A stretch of DNA of 64,000 nucleotides from Mobula birostris (GCF_030028105.1 NC_092377.1:97966865-98030864); one strand, 5' to 3'. Positions 1-11,175 are shown, numbered from the stretch's first letter. Numbers and translations: made by a program. Notes: generated by a model not told the origin, from the letters alone.

Positions 1-135
1 ATGTGATCTTGCTCTGTGCAAGTTGGCTGCCGCATTTCCAGCATTACAACTTAACTGTGACTGCACATCAAAAGTTGGCTGCAAAACATTTTGAGGTGAA
101 CTGAGGCTGTGAATGATGTGATGGAAATGCAAATC
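1..135 (+). mobile_element. Ancient Deu-SINE-type (SacSINE/AmnSINE-like) 3' part
   Basis: gatcttgctctgtgcaagttggctgccgcatttcc...cattacaac...aaatgcaaatc resembles the Deu-SINE 3' region; related minus-strand remnants near 42170, 51520 and 54740. Confidence 0.65.
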
Positions 136-199
136 ACTGTTTCTTGTAGACAAATGGCAGTAGAAGTAAGAAGCATTTTATGGAGCTATTGCAGACTCA

Positions 200-1055
200 C
201 ACTCAGTGGCCACTTTATCAGTTACCTCCTGTACCTAATAAAGTGGCTTCTGAGTGTATGTTCGTGGTCTTCTGCTGCCGTTGTCCATTCACTTCGAGGT
301 TCGACATGTTGTGTGCTCAAAGATGCTGTTCTGCACAGCACTGTTGTAATGCATGGTTGTATAAGTTACTGTTGCCTTCTTGTCAGGTGGAATCAATCTG
401 GCCACTCTCCACTGACCTCTCTCATAAATGAGGTATTTTTGCCCACAGAATTGCCATTCACTGGAGTTTTTTTTTGTTTTTTGCACCATTCTCTGTAAAC
501 ATTAGAGACTGTTATGTGTGAAAATCTCAGAAGATCAGCAGTTACTCAAAGCACCCCATCTGGCACAAATAATCATTCCATGATCAAAGTCACTTCAACC
601 ACTTTTCTTCCCCATTCTGATGTTTGATCTGAACCACAACCAACCTTCTTGACCATGTGTGCATGCTTTATGCATTAGGTTGCTGCCACATTGACTGACA
701 GACTAGATATTTGCATTAATGAACAGATGTACTTAATTACTGGGCACCATGGTAGAATCGTGTTTAGTATGACGCTATTACAGCTTGTAGCATTGGAGTT
801 CAAAGTTCAATTCTAGCATCCTCTGTAAGAAGTGAGTAAATCCTACCTGTAAGCACATGGGTTTCTCCAGGTGCTCCAGTTTCTTTCCATAGTCCAACGA
901 TGAACCGGTCAGTAGGTTAATTGGTCATTGTACATTGTCCTGTGCTGAGACTAGGATTAAATAAGCGTGTTGTTGGGTAATGTGGCTTATTGGGCTGGAA
1001 GGGCCTGCTGTATGCTGTATCTTTAAAATAAGTAAAATAAATAGCTACTGAGTGT
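200..1055 (-). mobile_element. Non-autonomous Tc1-like element (transposase N-terminal remnant), one TIR split by a SINE
   Basis: TIR cactcagtggccactttat; ORF 289-489(-) SSEWQFCGQKYLIYERGQWRVARL is a Tc1 DNA-binding-region remnant; other TIR split into gtacttaatta (~729-739) and agctactgagtgt (~1043-1055). Confidence 0.8.
741..1042 (+). mobile_element. HE1-like V-SINE (tRNA head, V domain, CR1/HER1-type tail)
   Basis: A/B-box-like head, V domain gggtttctccaggtgctccagtttctttccatagtcc, tail gggctggaagggcctg...tgctgtatct with A-rich end. Confidence 0.85.
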
Positions 1056-2419
1056 CTGTCAACACTCTTTCAGCTTTTCCACTTTTGCTTTGCCTGTTCT
1101 TGGAGCAATACCTCCACCACTTTCCTGCCACTACTACTTCCTAGTGCCTCCTGAGCATCTGTTTGGAGGCCTCTTGTGTCTCTGGAAACACTGGAGGTCT
1201 CTGATCTCTATTATCTGACCTCTTGTTCATTGTCAGGAAAACTAGGTATTTGGTCTCTCATATGTTCAGCTCTTCCTCACAGTACGTCACTTCTTATACT
1301 ATCTCTTCTATGCTGTGTACATTCCTGTGGAAGTAAAGGGATTGGTACTCATTCAATGAACTGTCACAGGTACAATGGACTGAGCAGCATCTACAGCTGC
1401 TGTACCATCCACTGACTCTATAATTGTGTATTAACTGTAGATGCTCTGAACCAAACAATTTAATGATTTTAATGTGAATTGCTCTCATGTTGTTCATGAC
1501 TTTTTATTTACATAGGCATAAAGTACATTTCAACTGACAGTTTTCATTAGTTTCTGCTGCGTTTCTTCTTCATATGCAGGAATAACCTTCCTTTATTGCT
1601 TATGGTGACAGAAGAAATTGCTCACAGTCCAAAATATTCATAGCAAGTTGGCCTTTTGACCTCATGTAAAATCAAGTGATTTTTGTAAAATATTAGCATA
1701 ATGGAACACTTTCAAAAAAGTAATGAATTACATATGATTTGGAGGATATGAAATACAAATGTGTAAATTTATTGTATTCAAGAAGCAAGGGACAAAATCT
1801 TCTTTGCTTGATTGTTAAAGTGCTGATGAGAATAATGCTATTTTCACCTTATAGGCCTGCTTTAAGATTCATTCAGAAGAGATGTGCTTGCTAATAGCAT
1901 TTGCATTTTGGGAATGGTTGTCTACTTTGTCTTAATTAACTGTCGAAAATATGTCTAATTATCTGATTGTTACTGCACTATTCATGCAAATTGCAGACTG
2001 CAGCCATTTGTTCCCTCCCTTGTGGAGTTCAGCTATGTGTCCCTGTAGAAGGGGCATACTGGTAGGTCAGGAAATGCATCACTTCTTAAGGCCGTAGTTA
2101 TTTAAATTCCATTAACTTAGATCTGACAGCTTGCCTCCTCAGTCTGTGTCGGCATTTACAGTAGTTACAAATTTAATTCCCTGCAGCACAACAGAATGTT
2201 GACTTTCCATAAAAGAGCCTGTCACCAGGGCAGTAAGGGCACTAGGAATGAACTTAGCTGGGAAAACTAAATGCAGTGACAAGAAATTATTTCTGCCTTA
2301 TGGCAGCAGGAACACACCTCTAATATTCCTTGAGGTGCAACTATCAATGAACCACAATGAAGCTGATGATAAAATATAAAGATAACAAATAATATTTTTT
2401 TCCAAGGAAGCATTCATTA

Positions 2420-2703
2420 ACCATGTTGGTGACCCATCACCCAAGCATTCATCCCCTCCACTACCAACGCAAACTACTAACACACTGCAAGTTCAGTAGT
2501 ACCTTTGTGACCTAGAAATAAATTGCTGTCCCTACTTCAGCACTGAGTCTACATGCTGGAGTTCCCTTCTCAACACTGTTATGGATGTACCTTCAGTAGA
2601 AGGATTGCAGTGATTTGAGACGGTGATTCAGCATCATCTTCTGAAGGGTGGCTAGAGATGGCGGTACATTTTAGCCTTATCAGAGATGCCCACATTCTGA
2701 AAA
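2420..2703 (+). mobile_element. Old CR1/L2-group LINE 3' end
   Basis: Degenerate ctggagttcccttctcaacactgttatgg...catcatcttctgaaggg...gatgcccacattc; same family on the minus strand at ~45240-45890. Confidence 0.55.
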
Positions 2704-3067
2704 AGGAGTGGGGGAAAATACGTTGAATCTGCTGTACACTGTCATGACATTTCAGAGACCAATATCTTTGAACCTAATAACTATACACAAATCAGTTTTG
2801 GTTTACACTTGTGCAGAATACTTGATCAATTAGAAAGGGCTCAAATTAAGTAAATCCACTGGTATGATGGTTTATGACTGAAAATAGTATGGCATGTGAA
2901 AATGCACGAGATGTTGATTCTCATGAGTGAATACAGTTGAGTAATTATCAGTTTGGAAAGCAAGACAACAGCAAAATTTCAGCCATTAAAAGTTATCACT
3001 CTATGCTTCAAACTTCCAGATTAAAGAAAGCTTTAAAATGCCATATCTCTCTCTCTCTCATTTTACC

Positions 3068-4340
3068 AGACAGAGGAGCAGAATTAGATCATACAACCCA
3101 TCGAATCTGCTCCACCATTCCATTATGACTGATTTATTATCCCTGCAACCCTATTTTCCAGCCTTTTCCTCAAAATCTTTGCCATCCTTACAAATCATGA
3201 ACCTTTCAACCTCCGCTTTAAATATACCCAGTGACTTGATCTCCAGAGCCAATTGTGGCAATGAATTCCACAGATGCACCGCCCTCTGACCAAAAAAAAA
3301 TTGCTTCTCATCTCTGTTCTAAAGGGACATTCTTCTATTCTGATGAGATACCCTCAGGTCCTAGATTCCTCCACTATAGGAAACATCCTCTCCACATCCT
3401 CTCTATCTAGGCCTTTCAATATTCAATAGATTTCAATGAGATCCCTTTCATTCTTCTGAACTCAAATGAGTACAGGCCCAACATCATGGAACATACCTCA
3501 TGTTCCCCTTTGATTCTCAGCATCATTCTAATGAACTTCCTCTGGACCCTCTCCAATGGCAGCATATCCTTTCTTAAATAAGGGGCCCAATACTGCTCAC
3601 AATATTCTTTATCACAAACAAGAGAAAATCAGCAGGTGCTGGAAATCTGAGCAACAAACACAAAATGCTGGAGGAACTCAGCAGGCTAGGCAACATCTAG
3701 GAAAAGAATACAGTTGATGTTTTGGGCTGAAATCCTTCATTTTTTTCTGGGCACCAGACCTAACCAGTTTCCTTCACCACCACTCTCCTATCTGGTGTGA
3801 GGAGTGTGGTGTGAAGAGAGTGGTGATGGAAGGAAACTGGTTATGTCTGCTGTCCAGAAAAAAACCCCGAAGGGTTTCAGCCCAAAACGTCGACTGTTTA
3901 CTCTTTTCCTAGATGCTGCCTGGCCTGCTGAGTTCTTCTAGCATTTTGTGTATGTGGCACAATACTCTGAAGTGCAGTCTGAACAATGCCTTATAACAAC
4001 TCAGCATTACATCTGTGCTTTTACGTTCTAGTCCTCTCGAAATGAATGCTAACTTTGCTTTTGCCTTCTTTAACACTGACTCAACCTGCAAGTTGATTTA
4101 AGAATGGGGTGAAGAGAGAAATGGATCAGCTACTATGAAATGGTGGAGCAAGTTTCATGGGCTGAATAACCTAATTCTGCTGCTATGTCTTATGTTCTTA
4201 TGATAAGTTAACCTTTAGGGATTCCTACAAGAGGACTGTCAAGTCCCTTTGTGTGTCTAATTTCTGAATTTTCTCCCTATTTAGAAAATTGTCTACACCT
4301 TTATTCCTTCTACCAATGTGCATGACCATACACTTCCCTG
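3068..4340 (-). mobile_element. CR1 (HER1-like) LINE 3' fragment with two nested insertions
   Basis: Minus-strand ORF2 remnant (KKAKAKLAFISRGLERKS); CR1 tail at 3068. Interrupted by the Penelope palindrome 3609-3957 and a + strand CR1 tail ~4095-4204 flanked by aagtt. Confidence 0.9.
3609..3957. mobile_element. Palindromic Penelope terminal-repeat insertion with an extra internal inverted repeat
   Basis: Arms aaaatgctggaggaactcagcagg and cctgctgagttcttctagcatttt; TSD cacaatattct (3598-3608) / cacaatactct (3958-3968). Confidence 0.85.
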
Positions 4341-4557
4341 GATCTAAAAAATCTTCAGTAATGGCCTGAGGCCCACTTAGCACCATTCTCTGCACAAATG
4401 GCAGGTCATTAGCAATTAAGCAGAATGGTGAGGCTCAAGTTGTAAGTATATTTTGCCTCTTCCCATGTTATCATTGCATTCCTTAGCCTGAATCTGTAGT
4501 TCTGACATGGTGTTTGTCTCCCTCTCCTTTAAGGTGATGTTGTGGGAAGTTCTGGAG

Positions 4558-4768
4558 ATAGAGAGTCATCGAACACTACAACACAGAAGCAGTCCCTATT
4601 GCCCATCTAGTTCTTGCTTGAACTATTAATCTTCCTGGCCCCATTGATCTGCTCGTGGACCGTAGCCCTCCATATCCATCCCATCCATGTACCTATCCAA
4701 ATTTTGCCTAAATGTTGAAATCGAACCCGCATCCATCACTTGCACTGGCAGTTTGTTCCACACACCCA
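4558..4768 (-). mobile_element. CR1 3' tail fragment
   Basis: acaacacagaagcagtccctattgcccatctag...ccatgtacctatccaaatt; second copy at ~46400-46565. Confidence 0.75.
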
Positions 4769-4867
4769 TGGATATAAAAAGTAAATCAGAAAAGTTTTCA
4801 GCAGAATAAATGGTTTTAGAGAGTGGGGGTGTGAATCACAAGCTGCTTGCCTAGTTCTTGACCAGAC

Positions 4868-5322
4868 TCTTCTTCTTCTCAGGCACTACCTTTGGAATCA
4901 AGGATGACTCTTTCCTTTTTAGTTATGAAATAGCTGATGAGGCCTAAGAGGGGACAGAAAACTCTTTTGTGAATGGGGCCAATGATAGTCAAGGGGATAG
5001 CCAGGCACGTAGTTTATGAGATGGTGCACATCTTCTACCAGTGATGCAGGTCTCTGTGCTCTGCTTTTGAACGGACTCGGGGTTCCCAATATCATCCTGA
5101 GTGCTCCATCTCCGCTGTGAATGATCAGTGCCAGGATCCCCACGAGTCGGTGGTCATATTAATTGTCCTGGATCTTTTAATTGTCCAGCAGGTAATTTCC
5201 CATATCAAAGCTTGGAAGAGAGGCCTGTTTCAGGAATGTTGTGAGGGGAAAATGAACAACATGGTCTGTCCAACTTAGCCGGCTGAGTGGAACTGTGGAT
5301 ATTGGCTTGGAGGCGACACTTC
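4868..5322 (-). mobile_element. RTE-clade LINE 3' fragment
   Basis: (ttc)n tail then aggcactacctttggaatcaaggatgac...gctgatgaggcc, typical of the RTE C-terminal/3' end in antisense; same family at ~48625-49095. Confidence 0.65.
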
Positions 5323-5367
5323 CAAGGTTTGTCCATTGTCATCGATGAAGACCTCGACACCATGAGT

Positions 5368-5507
5368 ACTTTTTTATGAGGTTGAGTTGCTAGCTCGATG
5401 CTCAACCCAGCACGGATGGAGAGCGTGCAAGGGAGCTGACCAGATTCGAACTCGGGACCTCTCGCCCCGCAGTCCAGCGCTGATGCCACTACGCCACCAG
5501 CTGGCTG
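5368..5507 (-). mobile_element. Short tRNA-derived SINE nested in the RTE-derived element
   Basis: Minus strand: A box TGGCGTAGTGG, B box GTTCGAATC, ~60-nt body, A-rich end. Confidence 0.8.
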
Positions 5508-5820
5508 GATGGTGTTGAGACTAGTGCTTGATCTGGATTTAAGTGAGGGAGAGTTGCTCAGCGTCAGCCTCACTCTGTCTTCCCAATTCCCATCTGGATC
5601 CAGTGGCAAGACAAGAGTCAAGACGGCTGGAGATGGGACTAGGCGCAGTGGATGACCAGGACATCTTCAGTGTCTAGTCGTGCTCTACACGTTTCACGAT
5701 GCTTGCAGAGACCGCCTTCTTGACTGTTGGACCTTCTATCCGCTCAATCCTCCGGAGTCTGTCTTCACATGCTGGGATAGACAACTCCCTATCTCATTGA
5801 AGGTTTGAGACCTGTCGGCT

Positions 5821-5999
5821 ACCCTCACCTGGTTTAGCCGGCTTGTCGAAGCCGTTGCCCGGGGTGTGGCCACTGTCGCATGCAAACAGGAGCCACAGAT
5901 GAGAGCTGAGTGCCAGGTGGGGACTAAAGGTGGACTAACCGCCCTGAAAAGGACGCAACATGCTCCCCCATCAGGGGTGCTACCCCTCCCTGACACCCC
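5821..5999 (-). ncRNA. HDV-like self-cleaving ribozyme (predicted)
   Basis: P1 GGGGUGU/ACACCCC, P2 GCUCUCAUCUG/CAGGUGAGGGU, P3 GGC/GCC, L3 starting UCC, P1.1 CC/GG, P4 CGGCUU-CGAC-AAGCCG, J4/2 GCUAAAC, all in canonical order. Confidence 0.8.
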
Positions 6000-6034
6000 A
6001 TACACCCTAAAGAAGGGCACCTAAGGGTGACCTT

Positions 6035-6268
6035 ACAGAGATATAAAAAAATCATGACCTATGTAGATGCGGTGGATAATCATGGTCCTGACTTTTCCTA
6101 GGGTAGGAAAATATTTAAAGAGCAAGATGTGAGGGAAAAAATTTTCACACAGAGGGTAGTAGGATATGGAACAAGCTGCCAGAGGAAGAGGTAGAGGTTG
6201 GTTGAGTTCCAACATTTAAAAGACATTTGGACATATAGTAGCTAGGAAAGATCTAGTGAGATGTAGGA
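6035..6268 (+). mobile_element. CR1 3' ORF2/UTR fragment
   Basis: ttttcacacagagggtagtaggatatggaacaagctgccagaggaag (FFTQRVVxxWNKLP) and catttaaaagacatttggac. Confidence 0.8.
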
Positions 6269-6662
6269 TTGCAGTAATAATGAAGTTTGCAATAATTTTT
6301 TACTGAAGCAATTGAAAACATAATTTTAATTTGGAGCTTGTTTAAGTAGGTTTTGTTGCAAACTGGGAAAGATATGAGATGGCAAACACAATTCCAACCT
6401 ATAGTGTTCTTTCCTTCTGATGCTTGAATCTTTTATATTGAGAATTGCAACATATCATTACCATCAGCCAATAATAAAACTAAAATAAACACTTATAATA
6501 TCCAAAGCAGCATCACATTCGCTGTCATTAAATAGAATTCTAGCACAGGTATTTCACAAGAGGAAGAAGAATGAAGTTTATTTTGCTTCCCTTCTCTGCT
6601 GGATGCTACATGATGGTACAATGAACACTTCTTCCACCTTTGACCACTTGATGGATTCACAC

Positions 6663-6892
6663 TAAGTGCTGGAGGAACTCAGCAGGCCAGGCAGTATCTG
6701 TGGAAGAGAGTAAACAGTCTATGTTACAGGCCAAGACCCTTCAGCAGGACTTCATTAGCAGGCCTAATAAAGGGTTTTGGCTCGAAATGTCTTCTGTTTA
6801 TTCTTTCCCATAGATGCTGCCTGGTCTGCTGAGTTCCTCCAGCATCTTGCGTGTGTTGCTTTGGATTTCCAGTGTCTGCAGATTTTCTCCTG
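6663..6892. mobile_element. Palindromic Penelope terminal-repeat insertion
   Basis: Two inverted arms of the tgctggaggaactcagcagg repeat, both with decayed hammerhead cores. Confidence 0.85.
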
Positions 6893-7073
6893 CACCTGAT
6901 GACTTTTCTCTGTTCTGATGACACCAAACCAGTTACTGTGAAGTTACTTGCTGCTGCATTTTGTCTTCACTTGGAATTTCTGCCTAGAGGCATATCCAGA
7001 TCTCCTGGTTAGCTGTAGGTAAAAGTGGAAAGGATGGGATTATGTACCAGTGGTGGCTGTATTAGCAGGTGCA

Positions 7074-7757
7074 CGTTCAGATTCATTTATTTATTGAATG
7101 TACATTGAAATGTGCAGTGAAATGCCATGGTTGTATTAACAACCAACACAACCTAACGGTGTGCTGGCACAGCTCACAAGTATCACCACACATTCCAGCA
7201 CCAACATACATGCTCACGTTCAACAATGAACAGAACACAGCAAGCAACAAAAGAAAAGAGCAAAACAAGCCCCTTTCCTCCCTCCCACCCAGACTCATAG
7301 ACAGTCCTCCAAATTCAGGGCAGGCCTCCAGTCTCCATTCTCCAGGCATTAGATATTGGGCTTTGACTTCCAGACTTCAGATTAACTTTTGGGCTTCAGT
7401 TTTCAATATCAACCCCTGGACTAGCTGGTGATGGGACCCCAAACTCCAGGCTTCGAACATTGATTCACTGGCCTTTGTCCCTCCTGCTTCCACAGACGTC
7501 TGAAAACCCCCCATCGAGACAGCTGATCTTCACCAATGTCCTTCATCACACAACCATGTTGCTGGCCTTTGAGCATGGAGCGGAGGCCTAGACACCAGCC
7601 TGATCCCTAACTTCTCCTCCTTCTTGTCCCTAAACACTAACCTGACCCCTAACTCCCCTCTCTGACCACACAACTATCCCTATGAGCTTAAAGAATAGCT
7701 AGTTCTAAACCACGACTTCAGTAGAAACCACAACTCGATGCCATCTTGACTGGAAAT
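7074..7757 (-). mobile_element. Non-coding Rex1/Babar-type non-autonomous element
   Basis: 5' end ttccagtcaagatggc (minus); 3' tail shared with the SINE at 50325-50460; 5' part repeated at ~41860-42105. Confidence 0.55.
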
Positions 7758-7923
7758 GTTGGCCCCAGTCAAACCAAGCCAAGATGAAGCTGGAGTGAGC
7801 AGGCCCTCCATTTTGCCTCTTCAGCTGTCTCCTTCAAGTACAGAGTCCCACATAAAACACATACACCTGGCAATCAGGTAAGACTCTATCATGCAGGAAC
7901 TTTATAAATGCATAATAGTTTTT

Positions 7924-8020
7924 GTTCTAATGAAGGGTCTTGGCCTGAAGCATCAACTTTTTATTCCCCTACATAGATGCTGCATGACCTGTTGAGTTCC
8001 TCCAGCATTTTGGGTATTGT
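7924..8020 (+). mobile_element. Single-arm Penelope terminal repeat
   Basis: ctaatgaagggtcttggcctgaagcatc...catagatgctgc...gagttcctccagcatttt. Confidence 0.75.
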
Positions 8021-8164
8021 CAGTTATACACAACTGATCTGTGGCCGTAAAGGATTCTTAGATGCATGATAAAACCTGTCATGATGCCTGAATGATCTGT
8101 TATGATCATGAGGGCTGTCTCTGGGGAGAGATAGGATAGCCAGATCATGTGTGACTGAAATAAG

Positions 8165-8419
8165 GCAATTAGTAGGTGATTTTAATTTTCAACATATTAA
8201 CTGGGACTCCAATACTGTAAAATGATAGGATGGAACAGAGTTTGTCAAATGTGTTCAGGAAAGTTCCCTTAATCAATATATAGGGGTGCCAACTAGAGAC
8301 AGCATGCCACTGGACCTCCCGTTAGGGAACGAGCAGGACAAGTGACAGAAGTATGTGTAAGGGAGCACTTTGTGATCATACTTCCATTAGTTTCAAGATA
8401 ATTATGGAGAAGGATAGGG
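8165..8419 (+). mobile_element. CR1 endonuclease-domain fragment
   Basis: VGDFNFQHINW...FVKCVQES...LGNE, colinear with the CR1 endonuclease at ~36210-36470. Confidence 0.8.
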
Positions 8420-10300
8420 TGCTGTGATTAGCAAACAAGAAACAACCTACCCTGATGCCTTTTATATCATGGATGGGAACTTCAATCAGACTTGTTTGAT
8501 GAAATTGCTGCACAAATATCATTAGCGTGTCACCTGCAGCACCAGAGGTCCCAACACATGTAACCACTGTTATACTATGATTAGGAATACCTACTGTTCG
8601 ATCCCTGGACTGCATTTCAGGAAGTATTATCATCTGGCTGTCCTCTTCCTACCCCTATACAGGCAAAGGCTAAAGAGCAAGGCTCCAGAGATAAGGACAA
8701 AAAGAGGTAGTTGCAAGGCAGAGAAGCGGCTATAGGATTTATCAGAGGATTTGAACAAATATACCGCAGTTGTCATGGACATTATAAAGATAAGTATTTC
8801 CCCACAAAATCATCCAGAGTCTTCCCCAACCAGAAGTCGTGGATAAGCCAAGAGATCCGTGATCTGCTGAGGGCCAGATCACTGCTGTTCAGGTCTGGTG
8901 ACCAGGTTAAATACAAGAGGTCCAGGTCCAAATTCTGGAAAGCCATCTCACATGCAAATTCTGGACCAAACTTGAATCACTGAAGGATGTTTGACATCTG
9001 TGGCAGGGCTAGAATGCTATCAACTCCTACACAGTGAAACCAAGCAACATAGATGTGAACAAGGTTCTGTTCCCAGATAAGCTTAATGCCTTTTATGTTT
9101 GCTTTCACGAACTCCCACAGCATCTGATAACCTTGTGATTTCAGTCCCTGATGCCGATGTGAGAACACCCTTCAGGTGGGTGAACCCACAGAAAGCATCT
9201 GACCCAGATGGGGTACTTGGCTAAGTACTGAAGCCTGGGCTATTCAACTGGCTGGTGTGTTCACTGATATCTTTAACCTCTCATTTTGGCAGTCTGAGGT
9301 GCCCACCTTCTTCAAGCAGGTTTCAATTATACCAGTGTACAAGAAGAACATGATAACCTGTTTCAAAGACTATCATCAAGTAACACTTACATCCACTGTG
9401 ATGAAGTGCTTTCAGAGGCTGGTGACGAAGCATATCAACTCTTGTCTGAGAAGTGACTTGGATCCGCTCCAATTTGCCTAAAATCACAACGGGTCAACAT
9501 CAGATGCCATTTCACTGACTTCTCACTTACTTCTAGAACATCAGGACAGCGAAGATGTATCCATCATCCATTGACTACAGCTCAGCATTCAGTACTGTCA
9601 TCTCCTCAAACCAAATCAATAATCTCCAACATCCAGGCCTCAGTATCATCTTAAACAACTAGTTCCTTAATTTCCTCACTTGCAGTCCCCAGTCAGTTCA
9701 GATTGGCAACATCTCCTCCACAATCTCCATCTGCATAGGTAAATCACAAGGCTGTGTGCACAGCTTCCTGCTCTACCTATTTTATACTAATGACCATGAG
9801 ACTAACTACAGCTCCAGTGCCATATTTAAGTTCGCTGATGACACTGCTGTTGTGAGCCAAAGCAAAGGTGGTGATGAATCTGTGTATAGGACTGAGTTTG
9901 ACAATCTGACTGAATGGTGCCAGAACAACAACCTGTCACTCAATGTCAGCAAAACCAAAGAGCTGATTATTTACTACAGGACATAGAAACTGGTGGTCCA
10001 TGAGCCAGTCTTCATCAGTGGAGAGAGCCAGTAACATTAAATTCCTCAGTGTTATCATTTCAGAGGATCTGTCCTGAGTTCAGCACATAAGTGCCATCAC
10101 AAAGAAAGCACAAAAGCCTCTCTACTTCCTTTGAAGTTTGTGCAGATTCAGCATGTCATTTAAAACTTTGACAAACTTCTATAGATGCATGGTGGCCAAC
10201 GCACATACTCAACATTTTACGAACACCTTCTTCCCCACCACCATCAGATTCCTGAATAGACAATGGACCCATGAACACTACCTCAGTATTTTTATCTTTG
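8420..10300 (+). mobile_element. Degenerate Rex1/Babar-type LINE (endonuclease end, RT, 3' end)
   Basis: FPNQKSWI, FTDIFNLS...IIPVYKK...DLDPLQFA, IFKFADDT...LNVSKTKEL, KTLTNFYRC; many stops and frameshifts. Confidence 0.9.
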
Positions 10301-10310
10301 CTTTCCTTTT

Positions 10311-11175
10311 GAATCAAAATCAGGTTTAATATCATTGGCATATATTGTAAAATTCGTTGACGTTGCAGCAACAGTACAATGCAATACATAATAGAGAGAG
10401 AAAAACAAACTGTGAATTACAGTAAATATACTATATGTATGTGTGTGTGTTAAATAGTTAAATAAGTAGTGCAAAAATAAAAATAATAAAGTAGTGAGGT
10501 AGTGCTGATGGGTTCAATGTCCATTCAGAAATCAGATGTCGGAGAGAAACAAGATGTTCCTGAATCATCTTCAGGCTCCTGTACCTCTTCCCACAAGAAG
10601 CAATGAGAACAGGGCATACCTTAGATGATGTGGGTCTTTGATGATGGATGCTGCCTTTTTGAGGCATCGCTCCTTGAAGATGCCTTGGATACTTTGGATA
10701 CTAGTGCCCATGATGGAGCTGACTAAGTCTACAACTCTTTGTCGTTTTGTTAGTTGTTCAATCCTCTACAATAGCACATCCCCAGCCCACCCCCCAAATA
10801 GCAGACGGTGACGCAGCCAGTTAGAATGCTCTCTGCAGTACATCTATAGAAATGTGTAAGTGTGTGACCGCAGGCTCCTGTACCTCCTCTATGATGGTAG
10901 CAATGAGAAGAAGGCATGTCCTGGGTGATGGGCTCCACCATGATCGATGCCGCCTTTTTGAGGGATCATTCCTTGAAGATGTCCTGGATGCTAGGGAGGC
11001 TAGTGCCCATGATGGAGCTGACTGAGTTTACAGCTTTCTGCAGCTTATTTCAATCCTTTGCAGTGGCCCCTCTATACCAGACTGTGATGTAGTCAGTTAG
11101 AATGCTGTCCACGGTACATCTGTCGACATTTGTGAATGTCTTCAGTGACATACCAAATCTCCTCAAACTCATAAT
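10311..11175 (-). mobile_element. Cluster of Rex1/Babar 3' fragments
   Basis: Minus-strand FYRCTAESILTGC and HP-type C-terminal remnants; at least two overlapping copies. Confidence 0.8.

Larger units (their letters stand above)
5325..6007 (-). mobile_element. Non-coding RTE-derived element (5' UTR plus short tail)
   Basis: Minus strand reads gggaggggtagcacc...ccacctttagtccccacctg...ctaaaccaggtgagggtagccgac...tcttgccactgga...cacttaaatcc, resembling vertebrate RTE 5' UTRs as recalled; no RT ORF. Confidence 0.7.

Noticed and set aside
4510-4560. Acceptor-like site (ctccctctcctttaag|gtg) as parkin exon 3
   Set aside because: Downstream sequence does not resemble the Ubl end/linker and runs into a CR1 tail within ~25 nt.
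4934-4960. CTGATGA...GAAA hammerhead-like string
   Set aside because: No proper helix II, I or III; it is the antisense of an RTE coding remnant.
5430-5505. Possible tRNA gene
   Set aside because: A and B boxes are present but run into a SINE body and A-tail inside another element; same for heads at ~741, ~21465 and ~50600.
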